Shown here: one piece after another, positions 48,363-59,085 of the stretch
Numbering within the stretch: the first letter of the stretch is position 1
Layout: each line of letters starts with the position of its first letter
DNA from: Protoeuglena noctilucae
Taxonomy: Eukaryota
Assembly (NCBI GenBank): GCA_958009085.1
Contig: OY253684.1
Location: 558,001-622,000 of the forward strand
Direction: 5' to 3'
DNA: 64,000 nt
The notes under the pieces: model-generated
Seen by the model: only the letters and a program-made list of their open reading frames with translations
Told to the model about the DNA's origin: nothing
Databases searched by the model: none
Translations under genes and position numbers: made by a program

Positions 48363-50995
48363 ATGGTGAATAATGCTGCTGGCTTCTGCGCGATCTCTCG
48401 GGCGCATATGTCCCACTGCACGGCAGGCCCGGATGCTCCGGGGCGAGGCGGGGGCGGGGCGGATGCTCGGAGGGGCGCGGACAGTTAGGGGCTTGCTGCG
48501 CCCAATTCCCCACGCCGCCTGCCAGATATCCCGGTTCAGCCGGCAAATTATCGCCGTGTTTGCGGCGGCAAAGCCTCTCTTTCGAGCCCGTGCGCCCCCG
48601 GCGTCACGCGGCCACCTCGCCCAAGGCCGCAGCGCTCGGGGCGTTTCGCCGCGCGCCCTCCGCCCACCCGCGGCGCTCCCGACGCCCCCTCAGGCCGCCG
48701 TACTTGAGAAGCTCGGCCTGGGCCAGAACGTGAAGGTGGACGTCGTGCATCGCCACCAGGATGGCTACCCTCGGCGGACCGTCCCCGTGGGTGAGGCTCC
48801 CCGCGCGCCCGGCGCCGCCCGGCCGCGCCAGAGCGAGTTTGCGCCACTGCACTTCTACCCTTGCCCTTCGGCCCCCCGCAGACGTGGTCGGAGGCGCCAA
48901 GGAGGACTGGGCCGTCTATGAGGCCGGGGAGCCCATCGCCTGCGAGGTCCAAATCTCGCCGCCGCCTGGGAAGAAGCTGGACCACCAGGGCATCCGTGTG
49001 ACGCTCCAGGGCCGCATCGTCGTGGGCAACGACAAGTCGGACTTCATGAACATCGTGCGAGAGGTGGGGTCATCGGAAGGCGTACCGTTCCAGCGCCTCT
49101 TGACACCCACCGCGCACCTGCGCCGCGTTTTGCGACGCTTCATCTTCCCGCGCCCGCAGCTGACCGTGGCCGGCTCCATCACCCAGCCGACGTCCTTCCC
49201 GGTCGTATTCCAGAGCCCGGGCATTGAGCATGAGTCCTACCGGGGCTCCCAGGTCCAAGTGCTCTATCAGATCCGTGTCCGCATCGCCCTCCGCGTCGGG
49301 TGAGGGACGTCCGCTTAGTAAAACGCGGAAGCGGTTGGACGCGCGGCGGCATGCCCCGAGCGGAGGTTCATGTATGCTTGCAGGGCGCGCATCGAGCGCA
49401 AGCTTCCCTTCTGGGTGAAGCGGTACGAGCCGCTGCACGAGCCGACCCAGCCGCTCAAGATGGAGGTGGGGATTGAAGACTGCCTCCACCTGGAGTTTGA
49501 GTACACCAAGAACCGCTTCCATTTGAACGACGTGGTCGTCGGCCGCATCCACTTCCAGCTCGTCCGCATCGCGCTCAAGAGCATGGAGATCGAAATCCGG
49601 CGCAGGGAGACGGTCGGAAGCGGGCCCACGGCCTTCAACGACACACAGGCGAGGAACCGTGCTGCGATGTTCTCTAAATATGCCGGCTTGTCGACTGTTC
49701 GGCGATGCCCCAGCAAGCACTCCCTAATCCCCTCTGACGGCCACGACTTGTCCGCCTCTCTCCGTTCGCCACACCGTACCCATCCCAACTGCACTGCGCT
49801 CCCCAGGTCATGGGCCGTTTCTCCATCATGGACGGCGCCCCTGTGCGCGGCGAGACCATCCCCATCCGCCTGTTCCTCGAGCCCTACAAGCTCACGCCCA
49901 CCTACCGCGCCGTCAACAACCGCTTCAGCGTCGCCTACTTCCTCAACCTCGTGCTGGTCGACGAGGAGGACCGCCGGTACTTCAAGCAGCAGGAGATCTT
50001 CCTGTACAGGTGCGCGCGGGCAGAGGGGCGGGACTCTCGATCATAGTCACGCCCCCAGTCATCGGCCCGAGGGCGGCGCGGCTGCGATGAGGCGTGCGGT
50101 GGCGGCACCGTGCGTGCTAACGCTACCGCTGGCAGATGCCCCGGGCTTGCGGTTTGTTACGCACAGGGTGCGCGAGGACGATGCGGACACGGCCATGGAC
50201 CACGTGAGGCGCATGTCGGGGTCGGTGCATCAGCAGGCGGAGGCGCAGGCCGGCGTCGACGCCCTGCCACCCCCGCCTGCCTACCCCGGCAATCCGGCGG
50301 GGTCCTACCCAGCCGGGCAGGGCTCGTACCCGGCAAACAAGCTGGAGCAGTTCGGCATGGCGCAGTCGGGCATCTGGCCCGCGGCGACGGCGTCCTTTTA
50401 CTCTGGCGGGCCCACGGCCGCGCAGGCCACCGGATGGCCCGGCGCGTCAGCCACCTACGCCTCCAACGGCGCCTCGAGCCACGAGGCGGAGGCGCTGCCG
50501 CAGGGGCCCGACGCCGGCGTTGGCGGGGACGCGGCGGGCGGGGCGAAGGCCCCTGGGCCCTTGGACGGCGGGGGTATCGCCAAGGACCGTGCGCCGCCCG
50601 CGTTCGCCAACGGGGACCCCTTAAGCCGGCCCGCCGCTCCGGCCCGGCAGCCCGCGCAGGTGCCGCACGGAGGACCCCTGCAGGCGCCGGGGGGTTACCC
50701 GCCCGGCATGGGCAGCGCTTCAGTTGGGGCAAGCGCTGGGGTGCGCGGCCCTGGCCCCGGGGTGGCTCAGGGGGTTGCGAGCAACGAGCCTTCGCGGGGC
50801 GACGACGGGCGTGGGGGATCCTGGCCGGCGGCCGGGGGGTTAGGCTTTGGGGCGGCAGGGACGGGGGGATCGCATGGCGACGGGGGCGGGCCGCAGGCTC
50901 CGCGGCCTGGGGGGATCTTGGGTGGGTGGGGCCACCGCAGCGCGGCGCCCAGCAAAGCCGGCGCTGACGAGGATTCCTTCACTGGCGTTCTGTGA
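48363..50995 (+). CDS. VPS26: Retromer subunit VPS26 with a long low-complexity C-terminal extension; first coding exon may be the ATG alone (48363-48365)
   Basis: GKKLDHQGI, HESYRG, LKMEVGIEDCLHLEFEY, IMDGAPVRGETIPIRLFL, YFLNLVLVDEEDRRYFKQQEIFLYR. Confidence 0.93.
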
Positions 50996-51328
50996 ACGCG
51001 TGGGGGTACTCAAGGGTGCCTGCCCTTGCAGAGTGGAGAGATGGCCTGGGCGTCGCGGTTCGGCGCTGGCATGTGCGGTAGGGTTGCATTGCCTCACGCG
51101 CAAGCGGTTGAAGAAGATGCGAGCGGAGAGGTCATGGTTGCCACAAGCGCACCGTAAGTGACGAGCGCCAGCGTGGGTTGACATAGCATTCAAGTTCGCA
51201 GTCGTTGCTAAGGCCATGGGCAATTGCTACAGCTACGGGGTGCGCTACGCTGAATGGCTCCTAGCCTACTCTGCGACTGGCTCGCGCTGATATAGCTCTA
51301 TGCGGGGGGGCGGTCCGAAGCGCGCACA

Positions 51329-54300
51329 TCACGCCATGGCGAGGCGCCGCTGGGGGCTGCTGGTCGCGTACGGCTGCGAGCTGTCGTACCCGCCCTGGTA
51401 CTGGGCGGGGTCCTGGTTGGCGCTGTACACGACGTTGCCGCGGATGAGGGTGCCGTCTGCCAGCACGCCCACCAGCAGACCGTCAGTGAGGGAGAAGGAC
51501 CGCAGCGTGCGGGGCCTCTGCGGGCAGCGGGTGGGGGCAGCGGTCAGACCCTTGCGCCGGCGAGCGGTCAGCCGATGCCGGCAGCCAGCGCGCCGCAGCC
51601 GCTCGCACCTGGGGGTTGATGTCGCTCGGGTTGCCCAGCGTGCGCAGCTGGCCGTCCTGGTTAATGACGCGCACCACGGTCCCCGCGTCCGTCTGCTCGG
51701 TCATCCAGATGAAGAAGGGCGGACGGTTCGTGGCGTTGTAGCCGTCCATGACGTCCACCACGACTTGCATGGGGAAGTCCACGTCCGCCATGGGGAAGGA
51801 CGACGACAGCTTGCTCTGGTTGCCGGGGCACGTGGCCCAGCCGCCCGACTCCACGAAGCCGGGGATGGCCAGGGGCACGTAGCCGTCGACCGAGCAGGGC
51901 GGCAGGGGCTGGGTGGGGTCCGTCGTCGAGGTCGTCCCGGCGGGCGGGCGGCACAACACGTTGCCGTCGCCCACCGCCGTGTACACCTGCCCGCCCGGCG
52001 CCATGTCGACCAGACGCAGCCGGTTGTTCGCGTAGTCGGCCACGAGCAGGCACCCGAAGTCGGCGCCGCAGGGGTCGCCGGCCTGCTGCCCAAAGTGCAG
52101 GCGCCCGCCGATGCCGCGGGGGTGGAGGAGCTTGGCGGTGGCGAGGGGGCCGTCCAGCACGGAGCTGTTGGCGCGGAAGTCGGCGGTGATGTTGGCCGTG
52201 TTGACGATCGCGGTGGGGGCAGTCGGGGCGGCCTTGACGTCAATCTGGACCAGCATGTTGTCGACGGTCAGGTAGATGGCGCGGTACTTGTTGTCGAAGT
52301 ACATGTCAGCCGGCACGACGGAGGACGACACGTTGGCGAAGGTGAGGTCGCCCAGGACCACCACGTTGTCCTTGACGGCCAAGTCCGCGTTCAGGTCGAT
52401 GCCGAACACCTTCCACGAGCTGCTGGGCGTCTGCCTGCGCGGGGGGTGGGGGGGGGGGGGCGGGTCACAGCCCACGTTGCCCATCCCAACTCGGCGGCAG
52501 GCGCAGCAGGAAGTGCGCACGCGCGGCGCGCCCTGCATCTCACCGAGCGACGAAGATGACCATGGTTTGGGGGAGCGTGGGGTGCGGGTTGTTGGCGTCG
52601 AACCCCGCGAAGCGGCACAGCTGCGGCTGGATGGGCGTCCAGTACTGGCCGCCCAGCTTGAGGGTGGACACCTGCATGTTGCCGCTCGTGCCAGCCGTGG
52701 TCGTGCCGTTGGCGCTCGTCTCGCTGTGGTTGTAGTCAAAGGACGGCGAGTAGATGTTGTTCAGGTGCCAGATCTCTCCGCTCGGCGTGCCAGGCGCGCT
52801 CGTGTGGTCCGGGTTGCACGCGTAGGCCTGGCCGTCGGGCCCGGGGACCACGGCGACCGACTCAAACGTCTCCAGGACTCCGTTGTGGTTGAGGCCGTTG
52901 TTAAGCCCCACAGACCCGGGCAGGCTGACCTGGATGTCCGCCGTCCCGTTCACGACGTCTGCAGGGGGGGATGCCGTGGTGCCGGGTTCTGCCATGACAC
53001 CCGACGCAGGGCGCACTCATCTGAGCTGAACCACGACGACATAGCGACCTAGGGGAGGGGCGCGAGTAGGCCACGTGTCGAGCGCCTCCCTCACACTCCT
53101 GAGGCAGGCCTTGCGCTCTCACCGGGCTTGGGGTACGACTGCTGCGCCTGCTGCTGGGCCTCCTGGTGGACCTGCTCGCAGACGCCATCCCCGGGGCGCG
53201 GGAAGGAGCCATCGGGGCAGCGGTACATGGCCAGCTCGGGCGAGTTGTTGAAGTGCCCCTCCAGGAAAGCGCCGTCCATGGTGCCCGTCGACGCCGGGAT
53301 GCTGAAGCCCCGGCGCTGGAGCTCGGCCATGGCCTGGCCCATCGTCATGGGGAAGCGGATCTCAGTGCGGTCGAGGAGGATGGGCCCGATGCCGTCGAGC
53401 TCGATCATGGCGAGCATGTCCATGGTGGTGACGTCCTGGTTGACGCACGGGTGCAGCGTCGGGTCGCTCGTGGCGTTGAGGGCGCAGCGGGGCATGGACC
53501 CAGCAGCAGCCACGTCGAAGCTGTACGACAGCGGGCCCTGCGGGGGTCAAGGGGTGACAGGGTCTCAGGCCGGAGGCTGACGTGGCGGCTTGGTGGCGCC
53601 GTCGGCCAGCGAGCAAGGCAGTCGTGCGCGTGCGGGCTCTCGCCTGGTGGATGACCACGCGGCGCAGGTAGTCGAGGGACTTGGGGTCCATGAGGCTGTC
53701 CATGGGCGTGAAGACGCGCATGGCCATGGAGCACTCGGGGGCCGGCCCATAGTTGACGGCGTGCTGCATCATGGCGGGCGTCATGTCGTTGGACGTGTAG
53801 TTGTTGTAGCTGTCGTAGCTCTGCGTGGGGTCCGTGGAGGGCTGCTCCATCGGGGCGTCCGCGGGGTTGCCGGTGTAGTAGTACGCGTTCGTCGGGGACG
53901 TGCCGGGGGGCGGAGTAGCGTTGAACAGGTGCGGCGTCGAGCCGGGCGTGACGCTGGTGGAGCCACCTTGGCTGCCCGGGGCAGGGTTGCCGGGGGCAGG
54001 GGTGCCGGGGGCAGGGGTGCCCGTGGCTTGCGCGAGCCGGCGCGCGGCCAGCCGGCGGACGGTCGTGGGGCCGCCGCCGTTGGCGAGGTCGTTGGAGATG
54101 AGCGTCGCGATGTAGCTCCTGAGCACCGGCTGCCCGTCGATCGTGACGTACGAGGAGCTGGACGTGAGGACCGGGGTGTTGGAGTCCTTGCTAACCATCG
54201 TCCCTCCCGAGCTGTTCTTGGTGTCCTTGTTCGCCTGCAGAGAGGCAGGGCAGGCGGCGTGTCGGGGCGAGAATGCACGCAGCCTCGAGCGACTTCACAG

Positions 54301-55142
54301 CACAAGGGGCGCACCTCGACGATGGCATAGATGAGGCCCGTCATGGTGCCCACGAGGAGCAGGAAGAAGACGCCCATGAAGATGAGCGCCACGTTGAGGA
54401 GGCGGTTCTGGTCCTTCTGGGCCTTGTAGGCCTGCGCGGCCAGGGCCAGCTCGCCCACCTGGATGGTCCCGGACCCGTCGACATCAAAGTCTACCAGCAC
54501 CTTGCGTTCCTCCTCGGGCAGCGCTTGGATGTCCAGGTGGGTCTGCGGAGGGACCTGAGATAGGCCCGCGTGGCATCCGCAGCGCACATCTCATGCCAAG
54601 CGTACCGTGCGGCATCGTGGGACGCGCAGGGATCTCACCCCGAACTCCGGGTCGACCTTGGCAATCTGAAGCGACGGCTCTGCGGGGGCGGCGGGGTCGT
54701 GCGGGGTCTGTTGGTGGGGGCCCGTGCCACGCCAAGCGTTGACCGGCGGCAAGGTGGGATTTATGGGTCTATCGGTACGTTAATGAGTGCGTGGCGAGAA
54801 AAGCGGTCCATTTTGAGCACCGACGGGCCCGCAATTCGCCGGAAACGAGACTGGGCATGCGGCCCGCCGCAGCCAGCAAGGGCGCGCCCCAAGCGCGGCC
54901 AACGGGCCACCCGTCCAAAGATTGGCGCAAAGTGAACGCGGAAGTGGGGCTGGCACCCCGTTTCCTCCCTCGCGCGCGCCAGCAAAGACCTTTCAAAGTT
55001 GGTCGCCGGCACGCGCCGCGTTCCCGCCCCGTTCGCCTGGCTACGCGCCCATCTATTACACATAAGCGCCACAACAAGCACATGTCGCCGCTGAAATTCC
55101 CCACAGCCGCCGTGCCGCCCCCCACCACTCACTTGCGGCCAT
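51329..55142 (-). CDS. Uncharacterised type II membrane protein (copy A): EF-hand, TM helix, Cys-rich region, NHL-like propeller; ~8 exons, frame intact
   Basis: Spliced MAAKPSLQIAKVDPEFG/VPPQTHLD...FDVDGSGTIQVGEL (EF-hand), TM VALIFMGVFFLLLVGTMTGLIYAIV, NHL-like AKLLHPRGI...LLVADYANNRLRLVD...VYTAVGDG, ending QRRLAMA-stop. Confidence 0.8.
53975..54022 (-). repeat. Three copies of a 15-bp coding tandem repeat (GTPAP-GTPAP-GNPAP)
   Basis: Plus strand shows gccgggggcagggtt/gccgggggcaggggt units; they translate on the minus strand as GTPAPGTPAPGNPAPG within copy A. Confidence 0.7.
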
Positions 55143-55768
55143 GCGCGCGCCTCTCCCCTGTCTGCGGGGCCTCCGATGTGATCGTGGAACTGCTGGCACG
55201 CGGCCGCAGACGGCCCCGTCTTGAGGACGCGCTGAAGACCGCGTGCCAGCCTCCCCCTGACAAGGGAGGCCGCCCCCGCTGGATGCTGGCTGGGGCCGTT
55301 ATCAGGGCCATGGCCGCGACTGTTTGCGTCATAAAATACCCGGGAACACTGCGATCGAGGCCTCCGGCAACCCCCAGTAAGCCCGGCTCAACATGCAGGC
55401 GGTCAAGAGCCTTCGAAGTGAGTCCCCGGACGCGTATCGGGCCTGCAACCGATACATACGTGCCATGCGCGTGCTCGCACGGCGCCGAACCACCCTGAGA
55501 CGCGTCGTTTCGCCCGGCGTCGGCTCGGCATTTGGCCTCGGGTTTGCGAGCGGCAGCGCTCCACATAAGCTTCCGTTCGAGGCTGTATGCAACGATAGAG
55601 TGTAGATGACTCGCGAAAGTGGCGCGTAGCCTCAGATTCGGCGCCCCGTCGCCCACCGCGGCTCGTCAATGCCAGCAGCTGTGGCGCGGCTGGGCCACAG
55701 CGAGAGCCCCTCTGGCCCGACAGGCTGCTCAACCTATTGCGTTTACCTCCTGATTTGCAGACTTGACC

Positions 55769-58700
55769 ATGCGGGGGTCGGCGAAGTACCCCTCGGTGAG
55801 CTCAGGCCCTGGGATGTGTGGCGGTCAACGCAGTGTGCCCAGCCTCGCGCGGCGCCCCGCGCTGCCCCAGGCCCTCCTCATTTCGCTTGAGGCTCGAGCC
55901 GCCTTCGATATCCCAGTATAGAGGCGCGCGGTGTCGGCTCCCCTCCTGCGAGCGCCAGCTCTGACCTTGCCTCTGGTCGTCCCATTGTGCACCTGCAGTG
56001 CCAAATCGACTTCTCGGACCTGCCCCTGGAGGTCCAGATCGTGCTCCGTGAGTTCGATGCGGACGCCTCGGGCTCCATCGACGTCTCCGAGCTCGCTGCC
56101 GCGGGACGGGCTCTCAAGCACCAGCGTGACAAGACCCGGCAGCTCAAAATCTTCATCGTCGTTTCGCCGTGCTCTTCTTCCTCATCATCGGCACGCTCAC
56201 CGGCCTCAGCTGGGCCGTGGTGCACTCGCTGAAGGACACGAGTGTCTCGAGCTCCTCCGGCGCGCTTACAGCCACATCGACCGGCGACCCTGCCTCGACG
56301 AGCTCGAGCGACTACGTGACGATCAACGGCCGCATGGTACCGCGGAGCTACGTGGAGCGCCTGGTCAACAACTCGACCTCCGCCAGCACCGCCACCAAGT
56401 CGCGCCGGCTGCACGCCGTCCAGGCGCGCCGCCTGATGCAGACGGCGACCGCAACCCCGGCCACGGGCAGCGACTTTTCCAGCCAGCAGCCGCCCACCGA
56501 GACGGGCACGTACCAGCAGAACACGGACCCCTCCCAGTACAACGCGACGCCCACGGTTGGGCAGGGCGACCTCACCCCAGCCATGATCGACACGATGGCC
56601 ATGCACGGCCCGGCCATGCCCTGCGCTACCTCCGAGAGGCGGTTCGGGCCCCTGGACAGCATGATGAACCCCGACGCGCTGGCCGAGATGCGTCGCGTCA
56701 CCATCTACCAGGCGAGGACGTCGCTTGCGCCCAGGCTTGAAAGACCACGCGCCTGCTGGACCTGGCCGACTGTCATTCGCTGCCTCTCCTTTCGCTGCGA
56801 GCAGGGCCCCACGCACTTCACCTTCAAGGTCTCGGCTGGCGGCAGCATGCCCCGGTGCGCCCTGCAGCCTTCCCCGAACCCCGACACTCACCCCTGCGAC
56901 GGCCTGCAGCCCCAGCCCTGGGACGTCGTGGTTGTCGTCTACCTCGACTCGATCGGGCCCATCCTCCTCGACCGCAACGCGGTGCGTCACTGCTGCGGTT
57001 TGACCCAGCTGCGTCAGAGAGTGGGCCTGCTTGGGGGTTCCATCCTGCTCTAAGCTCCCCGTGCCCTCGCTATCCCCGCCGCGCACTCGCCTACGCGTGG
57101 GGGCGCGATCGCTGTCCCACGCTTGGCCTTGCAGGTGACCTTCCCGTTCTACGACGGCTCGGCCAACTGGGCGCTGCGCTACCACGGGTTCGTCATCACC
57201 GACTCGACGAGCACCCTCGACGGGGCCTACCTCGAGGGGTGGTTCAACAACACGGACGCCCTCTCGCGCATGGCCTGCCCCGACGGCCAGTCGCCCGACA
57301 TGGCCACGGGTGTGTGCGGCAGTGTCAACCAGCAGGCTGCGAACGGCCAGCAGCAATACCCCGAGCCCGGACCTGTCCAGCCCCGTCGCGGACATTCCCG
57401 TGTCGCTGCCGGGCTCGACCGGCAACGGCGACGGCAAGAACCACAACGGCGTGACGGGAGCGCTTCGAGAGCATCGCCCTCGGCGCTGACGGCTACGTGG
57501 GCTACGGCTGCAACGCCGACGCCACCATCTCGAGCACCCAGGCAGGCGGCGAGATCTGGCGCATCTACAACGTGCTTGCGCCGTCCTTCAGCGCCGACAC
57601 CTCCTCCGCGGCCGGCAACCCCTCGGCTTCGGGCGGCAACATGTCCAAGGTCCAGCTCTGCGACAAGACGAGCAACGCCGCCTTCGTGCCCGTCACGCCG
57701 CGCCTGTGCCGGTACGGCAAGTTCCCCACGCCCATCGCGGCCCTGCCCGCCGAGGCGGTCCTCTTCGCGGCCCAGAACGCGACGGGCAACGGGTGGTCCA
57801 TCTGGGCGCTGGACGTCAACGTCGACACGTCCACGTCCACCACCGGCAACGTACAGCTGGTGGCGGACCTATCGTCCCTGTCGCCCAAGGCGCCAGCCGG
57901 GATGTTCTTCGAAGTCAAGAACGCCGTCATCTTCCTGACGCTGGACAACATGGTGGTCAAGGCGAGTGCCGGCGAGGCCTGCAGCGCATGGCGTGTTGCG
58001 CTCCTGACACCTGAGCCCCTCTTCACCCACCTATCAACCCGCTGCATTACTCGCTCCCTGCAGGTGGACCCCACCACCAAGACCGCGACGGCCATCGCCA
58101 ACGTCGCCAACGTGGCTGCGGACCCCATGGCCAACAGCGCCACCCTCGACAACTCGGACGCCAAGCTGGCCCGCTTCAACCAGCCCCAGGGCGTCGCGGG
58201 CCGGCTGTATGTCGACCCGTGCGGCACGGCGGGCTGCCTCCTGATCGCCGACCACGGCAACCACCGCATCCGCCTGCTGGACCTCACGGACGGCGGCCAC
58301 GGCGTCATGACGGCCGTGGGCGACGGCAACGTGTCGTGCTCCCCCGCGCCCGGCGCGACGAGCTCGTCCACGACCAGCCAGAGCCTCCCGCCGTGCTCGG
58401 TGGATGGCACCGTGCCCATCGCGACGCATGACTTCGAGACCCTCGGCGGCTGGGCTGCCTGGCCCGGCATCCACTCGCAGCTCCCCGGGCCCCTCGCCAG
58501 CGTCGACTCGCCCATGCAGATCATCCTCGACACGGCCAACGACCAGACGGCGACGGACCGGCCCCCGTTCCACCTGTGGCTCACGGAGCGCACCGGCACC
58601 GGTACCTTCATGCGCTCCGTCGACCAGGACGGCTTCATCAAGACCCTCGGGAATCCCTCGGACATCCCGCCCCAGGCGCCCCGCAACATCCGCTCCGCTT

Positions 58701-58873
58701 CGCTGGGCGGCGGCGTCATGCTGGTGGTCATGGAGGACGGCACGCTGGTGCGCGCCCAGGTCACCATCAACCAGAACCAGAGCGGCCAGAACTACTCCCA
58801 GGGCTATGACCCCAACGCCCCGTATGCCCAGGCGGCCCCTGCCGGCCGCCGCCTGCGCTCCCTGGGTCTCTGA
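55769..58873 (+). pseudogene. Paralog (copy B) of the EF-hand/TM/NHL-like protein, with three 1-nt indels (young pseudogene or assembly error)
   Basis: FDADASGSIDVSEL EF-hand, TM, YLDSIGPILLDR, NHL-like ARFNQPQGV...LLIADHGNHRIRLLD; collinear with copy A. The frame breaks at ~56162-56164, ~57366-57370 and ~57456-57458. Confidence 0.7.
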
Positions 58874-59085
58874 GAGTGGCTGGGAGCCCCAGCGAGACGA
58901 CAGGCAGGAGTTAGGTATAGCATGCGCATCCTCCTGCAGCGCAGAGTGCGAGGGTAGGACAGGTGCTTGCGTAGTAACTAGGCAAGTCTGCCACGGAGCT
59001 CGAGCAAGCATGCCATATGTTTGGCGTTGAGTAGTAGTATGTTTTCTCAGTTCAACTCGATCTGCAGCAGCGGTCTACTCACTGC

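Noticed and set aside
52441..52460. G-run / G-quadruplex
   Set aside because: It is the C-rich pyrimidine tract of a minus-strand intron in copy A.
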